NCBI GenBank assembly: GCA_965240325.2
Contig: OZ251226.1
Span: forward strand, 1-64,000
From: Rebecca billardiae RCC1528
Taxonomy: Eukaryota; Protista; Haptophyta
DNA: 64,000 bases
Direction of reading: 5' to 3'
The translations under genes and the position numbers were made by a program. Position 1 is the first letter of the stretch. Each line of letters starts with the position of its first letter. The notes under the pieces are model-generated. The model worked only from the letters and a program-made list of their open reading frames with translations. It made no database searches and was not told where the DNA came from. Shown here piece after piece: positions 48,835-58,798 of this stretch.

Positions 48835-49518
48835 TCACACCTCCTTGGCGACGGGGATGGCCTCGACGGCGTCGCAGGGCTCGCGCGCGATGGTGGCCTC
48901 GACGACGGCCGTCGCCGCCGCGCGCGCCTCCTCGTGCTCCACCTGGCGCCACTCCTGCGCCAGCGCGCAGCACGTGCACCACAGCATCGCGCACGCGTCC
49001 GACAGCCAGCTGCCGCCGATCCCAAACCGCGAGCGGAGCGCGCCGCGGCGGTAGGCGAAGATGGCGACGAAGGCGACGGCGGAGTAGAAGGCGAGGCGCG
49101 CGCGGATCACGTCGAACGCCATCGGGTCCTCGCGCTCGTAGTACCGCGCCATCGCCTCCGGGTGCGTGAAGAAGGGCGCGAAGACGCACAGCTTGACGAG
49201 CAGCAGCACGCAGAACCAGCCGCCGCAGCCGAGGCGCTCCTCGGGGAAGGCGCGGCCCTGGGTCAGGCTGAACTGGACGGCGGGGCAGCACCACGAGAGC
49301 AGGCACGACTGCGCGTGCGTGTGGCAGTCGAAGAGGCCCGAGCTCCACGGCTTGGGACCCTCGGCGGGCGGCAGCAGCCGCGCGCCGTCGCTCGGCGCGA
49401 GCGCGGCGGTTGGCGGCGGGTGCGCCGACTCGGTGGCGTCGAGGCACGCGCTGGCGTGCGCCTCGAGCTCATCCGCCGGCACCGGCGCGTTGCACACGGG
49501 GCAGATGGCCTTCGTCAT
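48835..49518 (-). CDS. PLAC8-family Cys-rich membrane protein with an N-terminal UBZ-type zinc finger
   Basis: CPVCNAPVPADELEAHASACL (UBZ4-like); WSSGLFDC...CLLSWCCP...RGALRSRFGIGGS...DACAMLWCTCCALAQE (PLAC8). Confidence 0.85.
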   Translation of the reverse strand: MTKAICPVCNAPVPADELEAHASACLDATESAHPPPTAALAPSDGARLLPPAEGPKPWSSGLFDCHTHAQSCLLSWCCPAVQFSLTQGRAFPEERLGCGGWFCVLLLVKLCVFAPFFTHPEAMARYYEREDPMAFDVIRARLAFYSAVAFVAIFAYRRGALRSRFGIGGSWLSDACAMLWCTCCALAQEWRQVEHEEARAAATAVVEATIAREPCDAVEAIPVAKEV

Positions 49519-49829
49519 CGCGGCGATGCGGCGGGCGGGTGCGCTCTCGGGAGTTGTGAAGGGGGGGGGGGCGCGGGGGGCGGGCCCGGCTACCAAGCAG
49601 ACGCCTCCTGGAGACTTCGCGGCCTGCTTTCTCCTAACTAACTTTTCACGGGCTGGGGGGAGCGCGCTATTTTTACTTTTGGCTGGGCCGGACGGTCGGC
49701 AACTCGGGCGCTGCGCAAGAAACCCCGGACGCGCAGCTTGGGACTCGCTGAAGAACTTCCGAGTTCCGATGGGGGGCGTGCGTCGGGCTCGCGCCCACGG
49801 CCGGCGGCCTGACTCAGCGGCACGCTCGC

Positions 49830-52800
49830 TCAGTTCGCGCCCGCCTCCGCCGCCTCGGCCGCGTCGAACTCCTCGGCGCTCACGTACTCGTCCGTCGGCT
49901 CGCGCAGCTCGGCGAGCAGCGCGACAATCACCGTCGCGTCGTCGAGCGTGCCGCGCTTGTGCAGCTCGCGCATCAGCTCGTTGCACGCGCGGCCCGGCTG
50001 CTTGGCGTGCGAGACGATCTTGGCGACGGCGCGATTGCTGAGCACGTCGAACACGCCGTCCGAGCCGATGACCAGGTACCGGTCCTCGGGGCGCAGCTCG
50101 TACCTGCGCGCCGGCAGAGGCGCTCGCGCGTGAGCCGTGCGCGCGCCGCGCGGAGGCGCATCGGAGGCGCATGCGCGCGCCGGGCGCGCCGCGCGCGCGC
50201 ACTTGAGCACGGTTGGCTCCATCAGCACGGCCTGGGCGTTCTTCGCCTTGACGGGGAAGTCGCCGAGCGTGCGCGACGGGATCAGGTTGCCCATCGCGCG
50301 CCCGTCCACCACCTGCGCGCGCGCGCGGCGGCGGGAGCGGGGGGCGCGGGCTCGGCGGCGGGAGCGGGCGCGCGGCGGCGGCGTTGGGCGCGGGCGGCGC
50401 GCACCGTGCCGCCCGCCTTCTCGATGCGCGCGCGCTCGGCGGCGTCGGTGGCTCGGTGCTCCGTCGACAGCTGCGTCGCGACGGGCGCGCCCCGCTCGTC
50501 CACGCGCACCAGCAGCACGCGCGAGTCCCCGACCGAGGCGGCCAGCAGCCTGCCCCCGCGCAGCAGCACCACGGCCGCGCACGTGCCGCACGGGTCTGCG
50601 GACTTGTCGTAGTAGCGGCGGAGGTCGTCCTCGGTGCGCTCGAAGGCGGAGTGCAGCGCGGCCTCGGGGTCGAGGCGGAACTGGCACGCGCCCTCCGCGC
50701 CGCCCTCCACGCCGCCGCTCCCGCCGCCGCCGCCCGCCTCCGCCGCCGCCGCCCCGCCGGGCAGCAGCAGGTGGCGATGCAGCATGGCCGCCGCGTGCGT
50801 CGACATGGCGGCGCCGCCGTGCCCGTCGTACACGGCGAAGAGGGCGTGCGGCGGCGGGGCGGAGGCGGGGTGCGCGCGGCCGCCGCACAGGTCGGGCGGC
50901 AGGCCCAGCGTGCTCAGCGCGTACTCGTTCAGGTCGGGGCTGCGCGGCGCGGCGGCGTGGCGCGCACGGCGGCGCGCGGCGCGCGGCGCGCGATGAGCGG
51001 CGGGGCGGCGCGGCGCGGCGCGGCGCGGAGACGTGCGCGCGCACAGGCACGCCACGCGGTCCTCGTTGTCGCGGTGCGCCGAGCCCTTCCTCGTCATGTG
51101 GTGCGAGCTCACGCTCAGCTGCCAGGGCGGGGGCGCGCCGGCGAGCGCGCGCGTGAGTGCGCGCGCGTGAGTGCACACGCACACATGCACACACACGCGC
51201 ACACACACGCACACGCACGCGCGCACTCACGCGAGGCGCGCGCGCGGGGATGGTGCGAGGCATGGCGGCGGCGGCGGCGAAGTGGGCGTCGGGCGCGCGC
51301 GCGGGGGCGCGCACCGTGCGTCTCGCCGCCATATCCGTCGCGTCGGAGCCCCAGGGCACGCGGCGGCGCGGGTGCTGCGGGCGCGCATCTGAGGGCTGCG
51401 CTGCGCCGTGCGCGCTGCCGTAGTCTGAGCCTCCGCCTGCGCACGCGCCCCCCCCAGCGCCGCCCCCGGCGCCCTTGTCGCGGCCGGAGGGGGTGGCGCC
51501 GCGACCGTCGTCGTCGTCGTCGTCGTCGTCGTCCTCCTCCTCCTCCTCCTCCTCCTCCTCCTCGTCCTCCTCGTCGCCGAACACAAAGCGGTTGGAGCCG
51601 AGCGGCGGGCGGGGCCGCGCGCGCGCCTGCGCCGGCCGCGGCGCGCCGCCGCGGCCGGCCAAAGCCGCGGCCGCGGGCGGCGGTCGCTTTGGCGGCGGCG
51701 CCGCCTCCGTTGGCGTAGCGGCGGCCTCAGCTGCAGCCGGGGCCGCCACCACCGCGGGCGCCGCCGCAACGCCCGCGTCCGCGCCACCCCGGCCCGCAGC
51801 CCGCCCGCCGCGCGCCGCGCCGCGCCCGCCGCCGCGCGCGCCGCCACCCTCGCGCCCGCCGCCGCGCGCGCCGCGGCCGCCCCGCCCCGCGCCCTGCGGC
51901 GCGGGCGGCACGGCGGCAAGCCCAGCGCCCGCCGAGGCGGCGGCGTCGGCGGCGGCGTGGTCGGCGCCGCGCTCCACGCCTACGCCGCGCCCGCCTCCGC
52001 GCCCGCCGCCCACGCCCGCCGCCGCCGCGTCCGCGCCGCCCCGCCCGGCCGCGGCCGCGCGGCCGCCGCCGCGCGCGCGCGCCGGCTGCACGCCGCCGGT
52101 GCCGCGACCGCGGCCGCCACCGCGCGGCGCCGGCGCGCCCGGCGAGAGCGAGGCTGAGGCGAGCAGCGCGTCGAGGTCAGGCGCGGCGCGCGCGGCGTCG
52201 GGAGCGACGCCGCCGCCCTGCGCCACCGGCGCGGCGGGCGGCGCCGCCCGCTGCGCCACCGCGCCGCGCGCCGAGGGCCGCGGCGCCGGCGGCGCTGCGG
52301 CGGCGGCCCCCTCAGGCTGAGCGCGGCCGGGCGGCGGCTGCTGGCGGCCGGCGCCACGCCCGCCGCGGCCGCGCCCGCGCGCCGCGTGCGGCGGCGGCTG
52401 CGGCTGCCCCGCCCCGCCCGTCGCCAGCAGATCGTCCAGAGACGGCTGCTGCTGCTGCTGCTGCTGCTGCCGCGGCTGCGGCTGCGGCCGCGGCTGCGGC
52501 TGCGGCTGCGGCTGCGGCTGCGGCGGCCGAGCAGGCCTGGGCGCCGCGGGCGCGGGCGCGGCCGGCTGCGGCGCGGGCGCGTGGTGGTGGGGGTGCTGCG
52601 CGTACGCCGCGGCCGGCTGCGCGTGCGGCTGCGCGTGCGCCACGGGCGCGGGGCCCGCGCCGCCGCGCCCTCGGCCGCCCGCCGCCGCGCTCGACGGCGC
52701 CAGCCAGTCGGCCGGCCCGCGCGCGGGCGGCGCGGCCGGCGGCGCGGGTGGCAGCGGCGGCGGCGCGGCCGCCTCCGCCTCCGCCGTGCCGAACGAGCCG

Positions 52801-53453
52801 AAGCAGCAGCGGCAGCGCGGCGCGCCCGGCTGCGCGTGCGCCGCGCCCAGCCCCATCAGCGGCGCCGCGTGCGCGTGCGGCGCGTGCGGCGCGTGCGGCT
52901 GCGGCGCGCCGTGGCCGTGCGCGCCGCCGCCGTCGTCGATGAAGGCGGAGACGATGGATGGGTCGGCGAGGATGGCGTGCGCGCCCGGCTGCGCGGGCGC
53001 GGGGAGCACGGCCGCCACCGCCGCCACCGCCGCCGGCTGCGGCGGAGGCAGCGGCGGCGGCGCGGTGGCGGCCGCAGCGGCCGGCACCGCGGGCGCGGCC
53101 GGCACCGCCGTGGGCTCCGTGCCCCAGCCGTGGTCGGCGGCGGCCGGCTGCGCGTACTCGCCGGCCGGCACGTCCCAGCCGTTCGCGCCAGCGTCGTCCG
53201 GCGCGCCGGGCGCCGCCCCCGCCGGCTTGCGCGCCGCGTGCAGTCCGCGGCCGCGGCTCGCGCCGCCGCGCCCGCGCGCGCCGCGCGCGCCGCCACCGCG
53301 GTGGTGCGCGTCGGCCTCGGCGCCGCCCGGCGCGGGCGGCAAGGGCGTGGGTCGCGCGCCCTCCGCGTGCCGCGCCGCGCCGCGCCGCCCGCCGGCCCCG
53401 CGGCCGCGGCCTCGGCCCGCGCCTTGTCGCCCTGCCTCGTCCGGTGCGGCCAT
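49830..53453 (-). CDS. PP2C (PPM) phosphatase with a long low-complexity, RGG-rich N-terminus (5 exons)
   Basis: NEDR, FAVYDGHGG, CGTCA, SVGDSR, LSTEH...ERARIEKAGG, SRTLGD, LVIGSDGVFD, DDATVIV; four GTGCGC/GTGCGCG-type GT-AG introns. Confidence 0.9.
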   Translation of the reverse strand: MAAPDEAGRQGAGRGRGRGAGGRRGAARHAEGARPTPLPPAPGGAEADAHHRGGGARGARGRGGASRGRGLHAARKPAGAAPGAPDDAGANGWDVPAGEYAQPAAADHGWGTEPTAVPAAPAVPAAAAATAPPPLPPPQPAAVAAVAAVLPAPAQPGAHAILADPSIVSAFIDDGGGAHGHGAPQPHAPHAPHAHAAPLMGLGAAHAQPGAPRCRCCFGSFGTAEAEAAAPPPLPPAPPAAPPARGPADWLAPSSAAAGGRGRGGAGPAPVAHAQPHAQPAAAYAQHPHHHAPAPQPAAPAPAAPRPARPPQPQPQPQPQPRPQPQPRQQQQQQQQPSLDDLLATGGAGQPQPPPHAARGRGRGGRGAGRQQPPPGRAQPEGAAAAAPPAPRPSARGAVAQRAAPPAAPVAQGGGVAPDAARAAPDLDALLASASLSPGAPAPRGGGRGRGTGGVQPARARGGGRAAAAGRGGADAAAAGVGGGRGGGRGVGVERGADHAAADAAASAGAGLAAVPPAPQGAGRGGRGARGGGREGGGARGGGRGAARGGRAAGRGGADAGVAAAPAVVAAPAAAEAAATPTEAAPPPKRPPPAAAALAGRGGAPRPAQARARPRPPLGSNRFVFGDEEDEEEEEEEEEEDDDDDDDDDGRGATPSGRDKGAGGGAGGGACAGGGSDYGSAHGAAQPSDARPQHPRRRVPWGSDATDMAARRTVRAPARAPDAHFAAAAAMPRTIPARAPRVSARVRVRVCARVCACVRVHSRARTHARARRRAPALAAERELAPHDEEGLGAPRQRGPRGVPVRAHVSAPRRAAPPRRSSRAARRAPPCAPRRRAAQPRPERVRAEHAGPAARPVRRPRAPRLRPAAARPLRRVRRARRRRHVDARGGHAASPPAAARRGGGGGGGRRRRERRRGGRRGGRVPVPPRPRGRAALRLRAHRGRPPPLLRQVRRPVRHVRGRGAAARGQAAGRLGRGLARAAGARGRAGRARRDAAVDGAPSHRRRRARAHREGGRHGARRPRPTPPPRARSRRRARAPRSRRRARAQVVDGRAMGNLIPSRTLGDFPVKAKNAQAVLMEPTVLKCARAARPARACASDAPPRGARTAHARAPLPARRYELRPEDRYLVIGSDGVFDVLSNRAVAKIVSHAKQPGRACNELMRELHKRGTLDDATVIVALLAELREPTDEYVSAEEFDAAEAAEAGAN

Positions 53454-53597
53454 GGCTGCTCTCAAGCGCGCTGCGCCCGCGAGACTCGCGGCCGCAAGCG
53501 GCGGTTCGTCACAAACGTCGTCGGGGCAAGGGCCCTTGGTCGGGGCCTGAGCCGCGCCGCAAGCCGAAATCCCGAAACCCAATTTCCCCTCCCCTGG

Positions 53598-54681
53598 CAA
53601 GGGTGGTCAGGGTCGCCGACTCCAGCGGAGTCCGGCGCCGGAGCTTCGCTTACAGATTTTTGCAGCGGAGCGGCGCGCGCGGCCGCCGCCGCTGCGGCGG
53701 GCCGCTCGGGACGTGCACGGCGTGGGCTCGTGCGGCCGCTGCCGCGCACGCCGAGCGATCTGGCGCGGTGTCGCGGCTGGTTGATGGCCTCGCGCGCCCC
53801 AGCGCGCCGCGCGCCTTGCCTGACTTCGCCTGTCTCGCGCCTTGGCCGCCGTGCACTCATGCGCCGCCAAACCGCAAGCTCGGCATACCTCTCAGCCGAG
53901 CGTGCACGTGCCTTGCGCGACGCGACGCGGGCATTGCCGCCGGGCGATGTAGGCGTAGTGTGAGCGCGCGCCGTGAAGCCTCGGCGCGGATCGAGAACAA
54001 TGAAATGATGCCGCGTACGCGCGTGGACCGTCTGTTCGTTGAGCAGTGCAGAAAGCTGCACGACTGACTCTCTTGCCGGGGCGATCGTCACGTCGCATCG
54101 TCACGCAAGGCTCACACACACGTCATAGTGGCCTTCGTCGTTTTGGCTACAACGCTCGACTAGAGTTCACGAGTCGCAGCGTCGCGATATCCCATCGTTT
54201 AACGGAGGACCGTGGTGATGTCCATTCAGGTGGTTGATGCGTCAGCAGTTGTCGACCGAGCTGACCGAGACGTTGAAGACACTCTCGATCCGCGCCGAGG
54301 CTTCACGGCGCGCGCTCACACTACGCCTACATCGCCCGGCGGCAATGCCCGCGTCGCGTCGCGCAAGGCACGTGCACGCTCGGCTGAGAGGTATGCCGAG
54401 CTTGCGGTTTGGCGGCGCATGAGTGCACGGCGGCCAAGGCGCGAGACAGGCGAAGTCAGGCAAGGCGCGCGGCGCGCTGGGGCGCGCGAGGCCATCAACC
54501 AGCAGCGACACCGCGCCAGATCGCTCGGCGTGCGCGGCAGCGGCCGCACGAGCCCACGCCGTGCACGTCCCGAGCGGCCCGCCGCAGCGGCGGCGGCCGC
54601 GCGCGCCGCTCCGCTGCAAAAATCTGTAAGCGAAGCTCCGGCGCCGGACTCCGCTGGAGTCGGCGACCCTGACCACCCTTG
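53598..54681. mobile_element. Foldback non-autonomous element, P/Galileo-like: 399-bp TIRs, CA...TG ends, 7-bp TSD CCCCTGG
   Basis: 53598-53996 is the reverse complement of 54283-54681 (one mismatch seen); 286-bp spacer; CCCCTGG at 53591-53597 and 54682-54688. Confidence 0.88.
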
Positions 54682-54704
54682 CCCCTGGTTGCCGCGAGCC
54701 CACG

Positions 54705-55197
54705 ATGGCGGCCGCGCCCGCGGTGGCACCGGGCCTGCCCTCGCTGGCCATGGCCGAGCACGAGCTGGCGGAGCTGCAGACCCGTGCGCACGCGCTCGCG
54801 GTGGCGCGTGCCGAGTTGGACGCGCTGCCCGCCGGCCGCGCGACCTACGTGCGCTCGGGCGAGGCCGCCATCCTCTTCCGCACGCCGCGCGCGACCACAG
54901 TCGCCGCCGTCGATGGTCCGCAGCGCGCGGCGCCGCGGCCCGGCACGCCGGTTGGCCCGCGCACATGTCTCAACCACGCCCGCCTTCGCGCGCGCGTCTC
55001 TGCCCTCGCGCCCCGCAGGCCGCGCGCGCGCCGTGCGCGAGCGGACGGACGCGCTCCGGGCGGAGGCGGAGCGCACGCGGCTTGAACGGCACCTCGCGCG
55101 CACCAAGCTCGAGGAGGAGCTCGACGGCGCCGACGGGCGGAGCGACGGGAGCGACGAGGCGGACGGCGTGGCGGAGGTTGGCGGCGCCGTGCGGTGA
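54705..55197 (+). CDS. Small prefoldin-beta-like (ASDURF-like) coiled-coil protein (2 exons)
   Basis: Helix, then LDALPAGRATYVRSGEAAILF hairpin, then helix; intron ~54917-55018 restores the frame; acidic tail. Confidence 0.55.
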
Positions 55198-56490
55198 CCT
55201 CGGCTGACTGCCGCGCTACGGGTATGAGGATAGAAGGAGTGACTCACAGTGAGCCGAGTGCGTGACGCTCGGTCGACCGTGATGACGCGCCAGAGCACGC
55301 AACTTTGGTGGTCTTCAACCCATCTCGCCCGCTCGTGGAGCGCGCGTCACGGCTTCAACTGGCGCCTTGGCCGCTCCGTGCGGGCCCCATGCTGAAGCTG
55401 GCGGGTGCGTGCATGCTCCCGTGTGCTTCCCGAGCTCAGAGTGCGTGTTGAGCAGCTGGCAGTCGCCGAGACGGCGGACGACTATCTAATCCAGCAGTCA
55501 CAGTTGACGAAGCTCAAGCTGCTGCAGTGATTAAGGTAGCCTGCCGGTCTGGCGGCGGGCCTGATTGTCATCAGAGCTGCTGCAATACTGATATGCTACG
55601 AATGCGCGCTACTCAGAACTGGCGCGCGGCAATTTATTTATTCTTGTAATAAATCCTATATTATTATTATGATATTATTATAATATATAAACGGTTAAGA
55701 CTGAGTAATTATTATTTTTAAATACTCTATATTATTTCATATTGTCATCGATATCGATCATATCGTCGCGTCTGATAATTTCTGCTACTAGCAGCTGTAG
55801 CAGCAGACTGACGCGGAATGGAATCGAACTACCGCGTGATGTGAATCGGGCAGGCCGCAGGGCGCTGGGTGATGATGGGGCGGACGTGACGGCCGCACCG
55901 CCGCCAGGCGCCGGCGGCTAGCCGTCGCCGGGCCGTCTGACGTCTGAGATCCACCAGGCGCCACGCGGCACTCGCGGAGCCCGGCGTCTCTGCCCGGCCA
56001 TCGGACCGGCGAGCCGGACCCGGCCTTGGCCTATGAAGCTCGCGGTGGCGACGGCGGGCAGATCTTGATTGATGCGGCCGCCGGGCCGAGCGCCTTCCAG
56101 TTCCGGAGCACTTGGACGAGGGCAGTGTGAGTGAGGACTGAGGTCCGGATCGTAGTCGATGTCACCGTCTACCGACCCGAGCGACGAGCCGTGAGCAGAG
56201 TGCCGGATTAGCGACAGCCGCGGCTGTCGCCCCCCGGCCGCCACAGCCTGGCGGCGGCCCGCGTCCGTCAGGGCTGTCGCCTGTCGGGCCCCGGGCCGCT
56301 CAGCGATGCGGATGCCGGGAAGTGCCCTGATTCTCGGGCCGTGGCTTTGAATACAGTTCGACTACGGCTCATGGCGCGCCGATGAGTCGCCGCCGGGACT
56401 CTCACGCCCGAACTGTAGTAGAATGTTCGTCTATAAATCAGCATCAGTGGACATCATGCAGTGGCGGCCCGATAGTCGCCGACTGCCGAG

Positions 56491-56538
<48 letters not shown>

Positions 56539-56546
56539 CCCCCCCC
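56491..56546. repeat. Poly(C) homopolymer, about 56 bp
   Basis: Direct reading; a single T at 56536. Confidence 0.95.
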
Positions 56547-56759
56547 GACACGGCCACAGGCACCCGACCACCGTGTCGCCCCGGTAGTTATGACGGACCG
56601 CCGGGTCAGACCTGGCAGCCGCGCGCCGGCACGAGTGTGCAATGAGCGGCGGTGCAGCGGGCGCGCCCCCGCCGGCTGTTCCGGGCGTACTGACTGTAGT
56701 AGACCGCTGGGAGTTTTCCATGGCTCACACCCACGGTCACGCGCTGCGGAAGTGCACCT

Positions 56760-57393
56760 CATCGGACCTCCGACATCGGCCGCATCGTCGTGCCTGAAGC
56801 AACAGATCGACTGGCGTCGTGAGCCGTCGTCGATGCCGTCCTCGCCATCGGCGATTCGGCGTCGGCGCCGTCGTCCACTGATGGACGCGCACCGTACGAG
56901 TCGAGTCGTCCACCATGCGCGCGGTGTGTGCCAGCGCGCGCGCACTGAAGAGGGGCGGGCCGTCATCAGTCCGTCACTGGAGGGCCGCGCCGACGGACGC
57001 CGGGACGCGTCCGCGCTGGCCGGGTGCGACCGGACCTGACGGCGTCGGGCACCTCGACGACAGCGGAGGGGTCGCGCGGAAGCGCACTCGCCGGCGCGGC
57101 CATGATGTCGGCGGACGAGACGCTCTTCCACTCCGGCGGCAGCGCGTGCGACTTGCGGCGGCAGTGGCGCACGAGCATCTCGCGCGAGCCCAGCTTGACG
57201 CCGCACGTCGTGCACGGCAGGGACGAGACGCCGCACAACTTGAGGTGCGCGGTGAGGTCATCGAGCGTGGCGTACGCCTTGACGCCGCAGCGCGTGCAGC
57301 GGTGGCGCCGGATACCCGCGTAGTGCGTGCGCATGTAGTGCTTCTTCGCCTGGTACTTGGACGGGCATTCGCGCGCAGACGGGGCAGGGCATG
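56760..57393 (-). pseudogene. Inverted, truncated and frameshifted paralog of the zinc-finger gene at 58799
   Basis: Near-identical KYQAKKHYMRTHYAGIRRHRCTRCGVKAYA coding sequence; 2-bp deletion (TGCGCGCGAATG versus TGCGCGCGCGAATG) in the first finger; 5' third missing. Confidence 0.75.
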
Positions 57394-57649
57394 ATCTTGG
57401 AGGCGGAAGCCAAAGTGAAAGATCGTCGCGCGCAGTTCTGTCGCTGGCTCGGAGAATTCCAACTCACGAGCTCACTGCTTCCCTCGCGCCAAGAATCTGC
57501 TTTGTGAGTATGAAGCGGATGAGCGACCTAATGAGTGATGGTTCGTCACACACTGATCGATGAGAACCTCGGGGTAAATTTCACATCTGCGCGCAATCAT
57601 CGATATGGTTTTCAACCGCGACAGCCTGAAATGGATCGCAGGTACGACC

Positions 57650-57802
57650 TACAGTTTACTATGTCTTAACGTGCACACTTGGTTAAAACATAGTAAAGGG
57701 GGGCAAGGGGGCTGGCCACTGCTTGGCCAGGGTAGGGCTGGAGGCTTCGGCCGCCAGTCTGACACCCGGAGCCCGTTATTATTATTATTATATATATATA
57801 TA
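57650..57802 (+). mobile_element. Short structured repeat with a (TTA)n/(TA)n tail; SINE-like or a retroelement 3' end
   Basis: 16-bp hairpin 57655-57670/57682-57697, nested stems with a C(UUCG)G loop, tail (TTA)5(TA)6; the first 37 bp recur at 7497-7533. Confidence 0.55.
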
Positions 57803-57934
57803 GCTCCCGTAGGGGGGCAGGGCTGCGGGTGGCGCACTGTCTGACCTGGACGGAAGGCGCGGACGCATTCTATGTGTCTGTTGCACTCTGAGCCTGACGC
57901 TTGTCCGATGCTGCCACGTCGTTAAATATATATA
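57803..57934 (+). mobile_element. 5'-truncated 3' end of a related CRE-like subfamily, bounded by (TA)n
   Basis: Ends CTGACGCTTGTCCGATGCTGCCACGTCGTTAAATATATATA, similar to the 58555-58592 terminus. Confidence 0.6.
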
Positions 57935-58592
57935 GGGTGAGCGACGGCCGCAACGGTGCGGTGCGCCACCGCGCGGAACTCGTCCCGCGCGAGCGGCGCA
58001 AGCAGCTGCAGCTCCTCGACCGCGAGGTCTACGGCACGCTTGAGGGCCAGGTGGGCCCATACGAGGCGCGGCTCGACACCTTCCCCGCGATCGTCCCGAT
58101 TGTCGTGGGGGCGTTCGGCGAGTGGAGCGCGGAGGTGGACCTCACCCTCAAGAAGATCGCCAAGATGGGGCGGGACACGTGGCGCGCGCGCCTCAGCGCG
58201 CCCTCGCGCCCCGCCGCCGAGCGCGCGCTGCTCGGCACCATGCGGCGCGAGCTGGGCATGCGCTGCCTGCGTGGCCAGGCCAAGATGCTCATCGCCCGCG
58301 CGCGCATGGCGCACGTGCGCCCGGGGGCACGCGCCCGCGGGGGCGCTGCATACGACGACTACTTCGAGACGACGGCTGACGACGCGTGGCACCGCGACCA
58401 CCGCGGTGGCGCGTGCGCGTCGACGCCAGACGGTGCGTCGAGCTTCCGCTCGGCGATGGAGTGATGGGCGACTATGAGGGGGGGGACGACGGCGAGGAGC
58501 GCTGATCCTGGTGTTTGTCTCTGCTGCTCGATCTGCTGCTACAGCTTGCTGACTCTGACGCCTGCCCGTTGCATACCACGTCGTTAATATAT
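57935..58592 (+). mobile_element. 5'-truncated CRE-like (RLE-type) non-LTR retrotransposon: C-terminal ORF fragment plus 3' UTR
   Basis: AVRHRAELVP...LLDREVYGT...QVGPYEARL...PIVVGAFGEWSAEV...RRELGMRCLRGQAKML resembles the region C-terminal to the RLE core of CRE-clade ORFs; starts abruptly after (TA)n; stop at 58464. Confidence 0.7.
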
Positions 58593-58798
58593 TAATAACG
58601 ACGTGGTATGCAACGGGCAAGGGGAATTTATTACAGACTTTGAAATTTGGGTCGCAAGCTCGTCGCAATTTTGATGAGATCGAGATATCATACCAATCTT
58701 GAGCCGGGTATTTACCGCCCGCATTCCCGGCCGAACCGCGAAACCTCGGCATCATCGACCTCCTCCTTGCCTCAGTCGTCGTCGAGACCCAAACATCG

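Noticed and set aside
55630-55760. AT-rich island as a possible origin or centromere-like element
   Set aside because: Short, and similar to other AT-rich patches downstream of genes; no further support
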